Part shown: one piece after another, positions 18,023 through 27,040 of the stretch
How the letters are laid out: every line of letters begins with the position of its first letter
How positions within the stretch are numbered: the stretch's first letter is position 1
Assembly: GCA_045542095.1 (NCBI GenBank)
Contig: JAZQKJ010000024.1
Span: 11,254 to 75,253 of the forward strand
DNA from: Ructibacterium sp.
GTDB taxonomy: Bacteria; Bacillota; Clostridia; Monoglobales; Monoglobaceae
Length of the DNA stretch: 64,000 bases
Direction of reading: 5' to 3'
Notes under the pieces: model-generated
What the model saw: the letters and a program-made list of their open reading frames with translations, nothing else
Told to the model about the DNA's origin: nothing
Databases searched by the model: none
Position numbers and translations under genes: made by a program

Positions 18023-19021
18023 ATGGCTTTATTTGAAAGTTATGAAAGAAGAATAGACCAGATCAACGCAGAACTTAAAAAGCATGGCATCTCTTCTATT
18101 GAAGAAGCTAAGCAGATTTGCGATGACAAGGGTATTGATGTTTATAATATGGTAAAAGGCATTCAGCCTATCTGTTTTGAGAACGCTTGCTGGGCTTATA
18201 TCGTAGGTGCGGCTATTGCAATCAAAGACGGTGTTACCAACGCGGCTGACGCTGCTGAAAAAATCGGTCTGGGACTTCAGGCATTTTGTATCCCCGGTTC
18301 TGTTGCAGACGACAGAAAGGTTGGCCTTGGTCATGGTAACCTTGGTGCAAGACTTCTCCGCGAAGAAACAAAATGTTTCGCATTTTTAGCTGGTCACGAA
18401 TCATTCGCGGCTGCAGAGGGTGCTATCGGCCTTGCAAAGAGCGCTAACAAGGCAAGAAAGGAAGACCTCCGTGTTATCCTTAACGGTCTTGGTAAAGATG
18501 CTGCTCAGATTATTTCAAGAATTAACGGTTTTACCTATGTACAGACTCAGTTTGACTACTACACAGGCGAAGTTAAGGTAGTTAAAGAAACTGCTTACTC
18601 AAATGGCGAACGTGCAAAGGTTCGTTGCTACGGTGCAGATGACGTTCGTGAAGGCGTTGCTATCATGCACTTAGAGGGCGTTGACGTTTCTATTACTGGT
18701 AACTCAACCAACCCAACACGTTTCCAGCATCCTGTTGCAGGTACATACAAGAAAGAATGTATTGAACAGGGCAAGAAATACTTCTCTGTTGCATCAGGCG
18801 GCGGTACAGGACGTACTCTCCATCCTGATAACATGGCTGCAGGTCCTGCATCTTATGGTATGACAGATACTATGGGTCGTATGCACTCAGATGCACAGTT
18901 TGCAGGTTCTTCTTCAGTTCCTGCTCACGTTGAAATGATGGGTCTTATCGGTGCAGGTAACAACCCAATGGTTGGTATGACTGTTGCAGTTGCAGTTGCT
19001 ATCGAAGAAGCAATGAAATAA
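18023..19021 (+). CDS. GGGtGRT family protein (function unknown)
   Basis: Literal motif ASGGGTGRTLHPDN; GAGGAGG RBS. Confidence 0.92.
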   Translation: MALFESYERRIDQINAELKKHGISSIEEAKQICDDKGIDVYNMVKGIQPICFENACWAYIVGAAIAIKDGVTNAADAAEKIGLGLQAFCIPGSVADDRKVGLGHGNLGARLLREETKCFAFLAGHESFAAAEGAIGLAKSANKARKEDLRVILNGLGKDAAQIISRINGFTYVQTQFDYYTGEVKVVKETAYSNGERAKVRCYGADDVREGVAIMHLEGVDVSITGNSTNPTRFQHPVAGTYKKECIEQGKKYFSVASGGGTGRTLHPDNMAAGPASYGMTDTMGRMHSDAQFAGSSSVPAHVEMMGLIGAGNNPMVGMTVAVAVAIEEAMK

Positions 19022-19030
19022 GACTGATAA

Positions 19031-19148
19031 AATCACCGCATCTTGCACTTTTGTTTATATATAGCTCGGTTTTACAAAAGCACAATCTACGGCAATTTAA
19101 TGCAGTCTAAAGAAACTGCAAGAGCTTCGCATAGGCAAAGCTGTGATT
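19031..19148. repeat. About 120-bp structured intergenic element
   Basis: Ends AATCACCGC / GCTGTGATT are near-complementary; internal TCTTGC/GCAAGA, TTTTGT/ACAAAA and TGCAG/CTGCA stems; single copy in window. Confidence 0.4.
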
Positions 19149-19184
19149 AAGGCAGTATAGGTCGTTTCACGATAATAGAACTAT

Positions 19185-19242
19185 AAGTCATCAATCATTT
19201 TTTGATTGATGACTTGATTTTTGATTGATGAAATGATATAAT
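19185..19242 (+). promoter_or_regulatory. fic promoter with a 13-bp-arm inverted repeat abutting the -35
   Basis: AAGTCATCAATCA-TTTTT-TGATTGATGACTT at 19185-19215; TTGATT-17-TATAAT (19214-19242) with extended TG. Confidence 0.65.
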
Positions 19243-19261
19243 AAAACGCGAGGTGATTTAT

Positions 19262-20242
19262 TTGAAAAATGAAAAACCACCATTTGAGATAAACGAAAAA
19301 ATTACAACAGAAGTCATAGAGATTGCCGAACTTACGGGCAAAGTAAGTGTTGTAAGTTCGAGTTTCGTTAATCCTACCTTGCGTAGAACCAACAGGATAC
19401 GGACTATTTACTCATCTCTTGCAATTGAGCAAAACACTTTGAATATTGAACAGGTTACTGCAGTTTTGGCAGGCAAGCGAATTATAGCACCTCCGAAGGA
19501 TATTGCAGAAGTAAAGAACGCTTATGAAATTTATGACTGCATGGAAAGTCTGAATCCCTATTCTGTTGATGACCTTTTAACTGCCCATAGTATTATGGTA
19601 AGAGGTCTTGTTCAGGAAGCGGGTGTATTTCGTTCACGTCCGGTTGGCGTTGTAGATAACGAGGGTAATGTTCTTCATGTCGGCACGTTACCGCAATATG
19701 TTCCTGATCTTGTACAGGAGCTTTTGGATTGGGTAAAGACAAGCGATATTCATATACTGATAAAAAGTTGCGTTTTTCATTATGAATTTGAACTGATTCA
19801 TCCGTTTCTGGACGGCAATGGCAGAATTGGAAGACTATGGCACACACGGTTGCTCTCTGTCTGGAATCCGATTTTTGCGTGGCTTCCTATAGAGTCAATA
19901 ATACACCATAACCAAAAAGAATATTACGATGCTATAAATATATCCAACAATGCAGGTGATTCAACAAAATTTATTGAGTTTATGTTATCCGTTATTAAAG
20001 AAGCTTTACAGGAAGCCGTTGATGCCCAATATTCTGTTACCCCTGTCCATAGCAAATCAGATATACGCTTTCAGCAAATCGACCGGTTTCTTGGGTCGCA
20101 TGATTATATTATGAATAAAGATATTCAGACTCTTTTTGGAGTTTCTCCTGCTACCGCAACAAGAATATTGAGGGAATTTACAAATTCGGGCAGACTTATA
20201 CGAACACGCATAAAAAGTCACTGGGGGTATATAAAACCATGA
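19262..20242 (+). CDS. Fic family protein with C-terminal HTH
   Basis: Canonical HPFLDGNGRIGR; N-terminal SSLAIEQN inhibitory-helix-like motif; C-terminal IQTLFGVSPATATRILREF HTH. Probable TTG start at 19262 after GAGGTG. Confidence 0.92.
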   Translation: MKNEKPPFEINEKITTEVIEIAELTGKVSVVSSSFVNPTLRRTNRIRTIYSSLAIEQNTLNIEQVTAVLAGKRIIAPPKDIAEVKNAYEIYDCMESLNPYSVDDLLTAHSIMVRGLVQEAGVFRSRPVGVVDNEGNVLHVGTLPQYVPDLVQELLDWVKTSDIHILIKSCVFHYEFELIHPFLDGNGRIGRLWHTRLLSVWNPIFAWLPIESIIHHNQKEYYDAINISNNAGDSTKFIEFMLSVIKEALQEAVDAQYSVTPVHSKSDIRFQQIDRFLGSHDYIMNKDIQTLFGVSPATATRILREFTNSGRLIRTRIKSHWGYIKP

Positions 20243-20259
20243 ATTTCGGAGGGGATAAT

Positions 20260-21174
20260 ATGTCTGTTTTTGTGCCTGATTATTATATGCACTTTAAGTG
20301 TATTGCAGATAAGTGCAAGCACAACTGTTGTATTGGCTGGGAAATTGACATAGACGAAGATACTCTCGGTTTTTACGAAAATGTTGAGGGTGATTTCGGC
20401 AACCGCCTTAGAGAAAATATTGACAAAACCGACACCCCGCATTTTTGCCTTAAAGAGAATGACCGCTGTCCCTTTTTAAATAAGGACAATCTTTGCGATA
20501 TAATAATAAATTTAGGTGAAACACATCTCTGCAACATCTGTGCCGACCACCCCAGATTTCGCAACTTCTTTGAAAGCCGCACAGAGATTGGTTTGGGGCT
20601 GTGTTGCGAAGAGGTATCACGTCTTATACTCAGCAGAAAAGAAAAGATGCGGATTATTGAAATCGAAAAAGATACAGAGGAAATTCCTCAGGACGAAGAG
20701 GTTTTCTTTAATATTCGAAGCAAAATTTTTGATGTTTTGCAGGATAGGGATTGGACAATAGACCAGCGGATTGAAAATCTTTGCATACTCCTTGACATAG
20801 AGAAAAAAATTCTGTCCCACGGCGAAATGGCAGATTTATATTTAGGTCTTGAACGTCTTGAGGAAAGTTGGACAGAAAAACTAAATGAACTGAAAGAGCA
20901 AGCTTTTGGGGAATTTGATGAGGAAGAATTTTCTACAGCCTTTGAACAGTTGATTATCTATTTTATCTATCGGCATCTTCCCGACAGTCTTTATGACGGC
21001 AGATTTGAAGAAAGGGTTAAATTTGCATTATTGAGTTATGACCTGATAAAAGCACTTTTGAACGTACATAGAAAAGCTGAATTAAAAGATTTATTTGAAA
21101 TTGCACGAATGTATTCGGCAGAAATTGAATATTCGGACGAGAATATAGATACCATATTGGTGTATTTGGAATAA
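20260..21174 (+). CDS. fliB: Flagellin lysine-N-methylase (FliB) family protein
   Basis: PDYYMHFKCIADKCKHNCCIGWEIDID, CPFLNKDNLC, LCNICADHPRF, LCCEEV, YSAEIEYSDEN. Confidence 0.82.
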   Translation: MSVFVPDYYMHFKCIADKCKHNCCIGWEIDIDEDTLGFYENVEGDFGNRLRENIDKTDTPHFCLKENDRCPFLNKDNLCDIIINLGETHLCNICADHPRFRNFFESRTEIGLGLCCEEVSRLILSRKEKMRIIEIEKDTEEIPQDEEVFFNIRSKIFDVLQDRDWTIDQRIENLCILLDIEKKILSHGEMADLYLGLERLEESWTEKLNELKEQAFGEFDEEEFSTAFEQLIIYFIYRHLPDSLYDGRFEERVKFALLSYDLIKALLNVHRKAELKDLFEIARMYSAEIEYSDENIDTILVYLE

Positions 21175-21178
21175 AAAA

Positions 21179-21207
21179 AGATTGCCGCGGTTTTACCGTG
21201 GCAATCT
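21179..21207. terminator. Bidirectional terminator between fliB and the Mrp gene
   Basis: AGATTGCCGCGG-TTTTA-CCGTGGCAATCT flanked by A and T tracts. Confidence 0.75.
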
Positions 21208-21213
21208 CTTTCT

Positions 21214-22044
21214 TTATAATTTCTTTAATTCCTCAAAGGCATCGCCCAGCCATTGCTGACCGTTGATAGCCTCTACCTTACCCTTATCGCAGTTTTCCGC
21301 AATTTTGGGGTCGATTGGGAGTCTGCCAAGGACCTTGAGCCCGTACTCTGCGGCAACCTCGTCTATATGGCTTTCGCCAAAGACAGAAACCTTTTCTCCG
21401 CATTTTCCGCACTCAACATAGCTCATGTTTTCCACAAGACCTAAAATGGGGATATTCATCATTTTTGCCATTTTAACAGCCTTGCCTACTATCATAGAAA
21501 CAAGCTCCTGTGGTGATGTAACAACCACAATCCCGTCAACCGGCAGGGACTGGAACACTGTAAGGGGAACATCACCTGTACCAGGGGGCATATCAACGAA
21601 CATATAGTCAACATCTTCCCATACAACGTCTGACCAGAACTGTTTAACAGTTCCTGCAATAACGGGACCGCGCCATACAACAGGGTCGGTTTCGTTTTCA
21701 AGAAGAAGATTAACAGACATAACAGATGTGCCGTTGGTTGTCTGCACGGGAAGAATTCCGAATTCGTTACCCTTTGCCTTTACATTGTTTATGCCAAACA
21801 TCATAGGGATAGACGGTCCTGTGATGTCGGCATCGAGGATTGCAGTTCTGTAATCCTCTCTCTGCATTCCTGCCGCAAGGAGTGAGGTAACAAGAGATTT
21901 ACCTACGCCGCCTTTACCGCTGACAATGCCGATTACCTTTTTAACATCGCTCATTTTATTTGCAGGTGCTAAAAAATTGTTTGGTTCTTTGCGCTCGCCG
22001 CAGTTTGAACTGCATGACGAACAATCATGTGTACATTCACTCAT
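21214..22044 (-). CDS. Mrp/NBP35 (ApbC) family Fe-S cluster carrier ATPase
   Basis: SGKGGVGKS, LDADITGPS, WRGP, DMPPGTGD, VENMS, CGKC; Cys-rich N-terminus CTHDCSSCSSNC. Confidence 0.93.
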   Translation of the reverse strand: MSECTHDCSSCSSNCGERKEPNNFLAPANKMSDVKKVIGIVSGKGGVGKSLVTSLLAAGMQREDYRTAILDADITGPSIPMMFGINNVKAKGNEFGILPVQTTNGTSVMSVNLLLENETDPVVWRGPVIAGTVKQFWSDVVWEDVDYMFVDMPPGTGDVPLTVFQSLPVDGIVVVTSPQELVSMIVGKAVKMAKMMNIPILGLVENMSYVECGKCGEKVSVFGESHIDEVAAEYGLKVLGRLPIDPKIAENCDKGKVEAINGQQWLGDAFEELKKL

Positions 22045-22065
22045 TTTTATCTTTCCTTTCCATAA

Positions 22066-22584
22066 TTAGTCCATTCTTTTTATTATGTCGTTATATATCT
22101 CTGAGGAGTTTTTGCGAAGTGCCTTTACTGCTTTTTCGGCGTCTGCCTTTGACCCTGCAAAAACCTGGAGCTCCATAAGAGGAGTTCCTGCATCCAGCAT
22201 TTTAAGTGATGCCATATACTGATAGGGGGCAATAGGAAGAATCTCCGTCATTATTGCGTTGGGGTCTGCCTGGTCAGCAAACTTTATTGCACCCACGGCG
22301 TTTTCTATATGTGTGCGGATGCTCTTTGGTACACGCTCAAAGAAAAAGTCGTTGGTGTCGGTTCCTTTATCGCTTAAATAGAAGCATTGGTCGTTACGAT
22401 AATACTTCATGGCAACGTACTTATCTTCTATAAGTTCGCTAAGGAGATTGGCAAGGTCAAAATAACCCATAACCTCTTTGCCAACTGTAAGAATTTCACT
22501 CAAAGTCGGCATGTTTATTGGCTCAACATACCTTTTTAGTGTGTATAATATGGCAAACTTCATTTCGTCCCGTTCTAAAAACAT
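22066..22584 (-). CDS. DUF4364 family protein
   Basis: N-terminal winged-helix-like KFAILYTLK...MGYFDLANLLSEL...YLSDKG; size and pattern fit the family. Confidence 0.6.
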   Translation of the reverse strand: MFLERDEMKFAILYTLKRYVEPINMPTLSEILTVGKEVMGYFDLANLLSELIEDKYVAMKYYRNDQCFYLSDKGTDTNDFFFERVPKSIRTHIENAVGAIKFADQADPNAIMTEILPIAPYQYMASLKMLDAGTPLMELQVFAGSKADAEKAVKALRKNSSEIYNDIIKRMD

Positions 22585-22599
22585 TTAAAGGTCACTTCC

Positions 22600-23460
22600 T
22601 TATTTTTCGTATGACTGTTTGTGTTTAAAGTATATTCCCACAAGTCCAAGCCCGGCATGAGCTGTGATAATAGGTCCGATGTTCATAACCTTTATAGCTT
22701 TTGGATTGACCTTTTCTTCTACCTGCTTTTTCAGGATTTCCACCTTGTCGGGGGCATCGGAATGGAGAATATAAACCTCATTTTCCTCCGGAGCGTCCAT
22801 ACGTTCTTCCACATAGCCTGTAAGGACTGACATGGCCTTTTTAAGACCGCGGACCTTTTGGTATGCCTCCACCAAGCCGTCGTTAATGCTGAGAATTGGC
22901 TTAATGTCTAAAGCTTTGCTTATTGCCATTGTGGTAGCCTTAATACGTCCGCCCTTTTGAAGATAGGTAAGGTCGTCAACCACAAAATACGCGTTGTCCC
23001 TTTTATAACAGGCAGTCATATAATCAATAATCTCCTGTTTTTCTCTGCCCTCTTTTGCCATCTGTGCCGCCTCTATAACAACCTTGCTTATAGGGTATGA
23101 AAAGGTGGTGGAATCTATAATGGTAATATCAAAGCCCTCATCCTTGAGCTGTTCTGCCACCATGTGAGAGGTGTTGTTAATACCGCTTGCCTTTGCAGAA
23201 ATAGTAACATGAATAATAGGGTCACCCTCTGCGCCAAGCTTGCGATAAAGCTCTTCAATATCAGCAGGACTCATCTGGCTTGTAGAGGGGATTACATCAC
23301 TTTCCCTTACTGTCTGATAAAAACTGTCATAGTCAAGATTTTCGTCTGCTTTAATACTCTTTTCACCAAAATGAATCATAAAAGGCAGAACTGTTATATC
23401 CATTTCCTTTGCAATATCAGCAGTGATATCTGCTGCAGCGTCTGTCATAAATCTTATCAT
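22600..23460 (-). CDS. DegV family fatty-acid-binding protein
   Basis: TDAAAD, STSQMSP, ISAKASG, IIDS, DDLTYLQKGGRI, IKPILS, AHAGLG. Confidence 0.92.
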   Translation of the reverse strand: MIRFMTDAAADITADIAKEMDITVLPFMIHFGEKSIKADENLDYDSFYQTVRESDVIPSTSQMSPADIEELYRKLGAEGDPIIHVTISAKASGINNTSHMVAEQLKDEGFDITIIDSTTFSYPISKVVIEAAQMAKEGREKQEIIDYMTACYKRDNAYFVVDDLTYLQKGGRIKATTMAISKALDIKPILSINDGLVEAYQKVRGLKKAMSVLTGYVEERMDAPEENEVYILHSDAPDKVEILKKQVEEKVNPKAIKVMNIGPIITAHAGLGLVGIYFKHKQSYEK

Positions 23461-23951
23461 GGCATTATACCTTCTTTCTCTAAATTTTCAAAGTCGTACT
23501 GTCTTAAAACCTCATAGGCAATAATTGCCACGGAGTTAGACAGATTAAGTGATCTCATGTTCTCTCCCATAGGAATTCTTATACATTTATGGGGATTTTC
23601 TTTAAGCAAAGGCTCGGGAAGTCCTTTTGTTTCCTTGCCGAAAACCAGAAAAATCTCTCCCGAGGGCGATGCTTTATAGTCAACATCGCTGTAAGTGTTT
23701 ACGCCCTTTGTGGTGCAATAATAAAAATCTCCGTCGGGGTAGGCTTTCCTCACCTCATCGAAGCTCTGATACTCAAAAAGCTTAAGCTCGTCCCAATAAT
23801 CAAGACCTGCACGCTTTACTTGTTTTTCGCTGATGTCAAAGCCAAGGGGATGAACAAGATGAAGGGAGGCACCCGTAATGGAACAGGTCCTTGATATGTT
23901 TCCTGTGTTTGATGGAATTTCAGGCTCCACCAATACGATATGTAAATTCAT
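23457..23951 (-). CDS. trmL: tRNA (cytidine/uridine-34-2'-O)-methyltransferase, SPOUT family
   Basis: LVEPEIPSNTGNISRTC, RAGLDYW, FGKETKGLP, RIPM, RSLNLSNS. Confidence 0.93.
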   Translation of the reverse strand: MNLHIVLVEPEIPSNTGNISRTCSITGASLHLVHPLGFDISEKQVKRAGLDYWDELKLFEYQSFDEVRKAYPDGDFYYCTTKGVNTYSDVDYKASPSGEIFLVFGKETKGLPEPLLKENPHKCIRIPMGENMRSLNLSNSVAIIAYEVLRQYDFENLEKEGIMP

Positions 23952-23994
23952 GTTTTTTTATCCTTTATTTGTTATTATTTTTGTAATGATACAA

Positions 23995-24171
23995 ACGGGA
24001 CGTCGAGGACGCCGTCCCCTACAATACACCCTGTGGCTCGGCGTAGATGTATGCCTTTTCCTCTATAAAGGGACGGCATTGGGTCAAGCGTCACGCTTGT
24101 CAGCGAAGCTGACCTGTACTGCATCCATCACGGCTCTGCCGTGTAAGGAGCGGATCGAACGTCACGTTCGT
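23995..24171. repeat. Most complete composite repeat: class 2 REP + modules B, C, D, C
   Basis: Shares 42/45 with 10919-10963 and 54/55 with 15019-15073; reverse match to about 6022-6096. Confidence 0.88.
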
Positions 24172-25706
24172 TAGGACCAGAATTTTCGGTCAAGAGACCG
24201 ATACTGAATAGCCTCTGCAAGATGCTCCGCCTGAATCTTTTCACTTCCCTCAAGGTCAGCTATTGTCCGTGCCACCTTTAAGATACGGTTGTGGGCTCTT
24301 GCACTCATTCCCAAATCGTCAAAGGCTTCCCGTAAAAGAACTGACCCCTCTTCTGTAAGATTGCAAAACTTCTCCATAAGGGCAGGAGTAAGCTGTGAAT
24401 TTGAGTAAATTCCTGTACCCTTGTACCGCTTAAGCTGAATTTTTCGGGCATCGTTAACCCGTCTTTTAATTTCAGCAGAGCTCTCTCCTGATTTGCTCTT
24501 TTGTTCAAGGTCATCATATTCCACAGCGGGAACTTCTATATGTAAATCTATTCTGTCAAGCAGAGGACCGCTGACCTTTCCCAAATACTTTTTGATTTTG
24601 GAAAGGGAACAACCGCAGTCGTGCTTTTTATCTCCGTAATATCCGCATGGGCAAGGGTTCATAGACGCAACAAGCATAATGTTACATGGATATGAATATG
24701 TTCCCCCTGCTCTTGTTATGGTAACTGCCCCGTCCTCTAAAGGTTGACGGAGAATTTCCAATGCATCCTTTCGAAACTCAGGCAGCTCGTCAAGGAACAA
24801 AACTCCGTGATGAGCAAGGCTGACCTCACCCGGTCTTGGAGTTGAACCGCCCCCTGCAAGACCAACTGCAGAAACTGTGTGATGGGAACTCCTGAAGGGT
24901 CTGCTCAGCACCATAGGCTGATTTTCACTAAGAGTTCCTGCTATTGAGTGAACCTTGGTAACCTCAAGGGCCTCTTCAAAGCTCAGCTCGGGTAAAATCG
25001 AGGGTATCCTCTGGGCAAGCATGGTCTTGCCGGAGCCCGGGGGCCCGATAAGCAACAGATTATGTCCTCCTGCTGCCGCTACTTCAAGAGCTCGTTTTGC
25101 CCCCTGTTGACCTCTTACCTCTGAAAAATCAAGCTCGGTTTCCGCCGCCTGACGGAAAAGTTTGTCTATATCTACTATTGTACGCTTAATTTCTTCTTCA
25201 CCTGTTATATGTTTTATAAGCTCTTCCAGAGTTTTAACTCCGTAAACCTGTGCCTCTGCAACAACTGCCGCCTCTTTTGCATTTTCTTCGGGGAGGAATA
25301 TTTTCTTTATCCCGTTTTGAAAGGCTGTTATTGCCATAGGCAGGGCACCGCGGATACCACGGAGCTTTCCGTCAAGGGATAGCTCTCCAAAGAATGCACA
25401 GTCGGAAAGGTCGGTAGTTTTAATCTGCTCGGAGCTGATAAGCATACCCATTGCAATAGGCAGGTCGAAGTATGCCCCCTCTTTCTTAACTCCCGCAGGG
25501 GCAAGATTTACTACAATTCTTTTTCCTGGAATCTGAAACCCTGCGTGCTTTACTGCCGTGCGGATACGCTCTTTAGACTCTCGCACCGCAATATCGGGGA
25601 TTCCAACAACCTCCCAGGCGGGAACTCCTGCACTTACATCGGTTTCTACCTGAATGGAGTAGCCCTCCATTCCTGTAAGACCTATGCTGTTTATCTTGGA
25701 TATCAT
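24171..25706 (-). CDS. YifB/ComM family Mg-chelatase-like AAA+ ATPase
   Basis: VNLAPAG..KEG..FDLPIA, GELSLDG, GPPGSGKT, RPFRSSHH, PGEVSLAHHGVLFLDELPEF, SGPLLDRID, SARAHNRILKVARTIADL. Confidence 0.95.
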   Translation of the reverse strand: MISKINSIGLTGMEGYSIQVETDVSAGVPAWEVVGIPDIAVRESKERIRTAVKHAGFQIPGKRIVVNLAPAGVKKEGAYFDLPIAMGMLISSEQIKTTDLSDCAFFGELSLDGKLRGIRGALPMAITAFQNGIKKIFLPEENAKEAAVVAEAQVYGVKTLEELIKHITGEEEIKRTIVDIDKLFRQAAETELDFSEVRGQQGAKRALEVAAAGGHNLLLIGPPGSGKTMLAQRIPSILPELSFEEALEVTKVHSIAGTLSENQPMVLSRPFRSSHHTVSAVGLAGGGSTPRPGEVSLAHHGVLFLDELPEFRKDALEILRQPLEDGAVTITRAGGTYSYPCNIMLVASMNPCPCGYYGDKKHDCGCSLSKIKKYLGKVSGPLLDRIDLHIEVPAVEYDDLEQKSKSGESSAEIKRRVNDARKIQLKRYKGTGIYSNSQLTPALMEKFCNLTEEGSVLLREAFDDLGMSARAHNRILKVARTIADLEGSEKIQAEHLAEAIQYRSLDRKFWS

Positions 25707-25721
25707 AATAATCCCTCTTCT

Positions 25722-26429
25722 CTAATCTTCTAAAAGTGCCAACTCATCTTCAGTAAGCTCCCGTATATCTCCGATTTCAAGGCTTTCGTCAAGACAAAGT
25801 CTGTTCATGGAAAGCCGTTTGAGATATGTGACTCTTTTGCCTACTGCCTCGAACATTCTCTTTACCTGATGGAATTTGCCCTCGGTTATGGTTACCTGTA
25901 TCTGTGATACGGTCCCTGACTCCAGAATTTCCAATTCTGCTGACTTGGTTACATACCCGTCGTCTAAGGTAACGCCTTTTTTAAATGCCTTAATGTCTTC
26001 ATCTGTAACCTCTCCGTCTATAACGGCGAAATAGGTTTTGGGAATGTGTGATTTTGGGCTTAAAAGTCTGTGGGCGAGCTGCCCGTCATTGGTCAGCAGG
26101 CATAAGCCCTCTGTATCAATATCCAGTCTTCCCACAGGGAATGGCTCAAAGTGCAGATATTCTTCGGGCACAAGGTCTAAAACCACAGGTTGTCTTGCAT
26201 CCCATGTGGCAGAAATATAGCCTCTTGGCTTGTTCAGCATAAGATAAATAAATTCCTGATGCTTAAGCTTTACACCATGTACGAAAACCTGGGCGGTTTC
26301 GGGGTTCACAGCGGTTTCAGGCTTTGGCTTTTCTATGCCTGTAACCTGAACACATCCGCTTTTTATCAGCTTTTTTATTTCAGACCGTGTACCTGTTCCG
26401 CAATCTGCCAAATATTTATCAAGCCTCAT
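25722..26429 (-). CDS. Pseudouridine synthase, RsuA family
   Basis: S4 domain MRLDKYL, LNKPRGY, VGRLDIDTEGL, EGKFHQVKRM. Confidence 0.92.
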   Translation of the reverse strand: MRLDKYLADCGTGTRSEIKKLIKSGCVQVTGIEKPKPETAVNPETAQVFVHGVKLKHQEFIYLMLNKPRGYISATWDARQPVVLDLVPEEYLHFEPFPVGRLDIDTEGLCLLTNDGQLAHRLLSPKSHIPKTYFAVIDGEVTDEDIKAFKKGVTLDDGYVTKSAELEILESGTVSQIQVTITEGKFHQVKRMFEAVGKRVTYLKRLSMNRLCLDESLEIGDIRELTEDELALLED

Positions 26430-26489
26430 GTCCCACCTCATATTTTAATAAACCACTGCATAATATTTTAAGGAATGGAGTGATTTCGT

Positions 26490-26930
26490 ATGTTCAAAAA
26501 CGTCGCTGACCGACGCATAATTTTATTGATTTTACTTGCCGCCTTTGGCACGGTTTTGGTTATCTTATTCCTGTTTCGGATGGATTCCGACCTGAACAGA
26601 AAAAACATAGAATTTATCTCATCGTTCGGCTGGCAGGTGGATTCCGAGCCTGTTGACACAGCAAATATAAATATCCCCCACGAGTTTAACGGGGTTTTTG
26701 AAACCTATAATACTATCTGCCAAAGCTCAGGGTTTGATCTGTCGGATTTTAAAGGTGCCCGTGCCGTCAGATATTCTTATCGGGTCTTAAACCATCAGGA
26801 CTCCCAATCGGGACTTGTCCGTGCCAATATTTTTGTGGTAAAAAACAATATTATAGCAGGGGACATATCCTCCCTTAAAGCAGGGGGATTTATCCAGCCC
26901 ATATCGGACACTACAGGAATTACCCAATAA
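26490..26930 (+). CDS. DUF4830 domain-containing membrane-anchored protein
   Basis: N-terminal TM segment; FISSFGWQV, IPHEF..V..TYN..Q..GFDLS.FKG, IIAGDI pattern. Confidence 0.7.
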   Translation: MFKNVADRRIILLILLAAFGTVLVILFLFRMDSDLNRKNIEFISSFGWQVDSEPVDTANINIPHEFNGVFETYNTICQSSGFDLSDFKGARAVRYSYRVLNHQDSQSGLVRANIFVVKNNIIAGDISSLKAGGFIQPISDTTGITQ

Positions 26931-27040
26931 AAACCCATTTTGTTTATACATAATTTATTCTATCATAATTTCCTTTCGATTTCAATACATAAAACAAAAA
27001 TTATGGGACGCTGCAAAAATGCACGCCCCATAAATTATTT

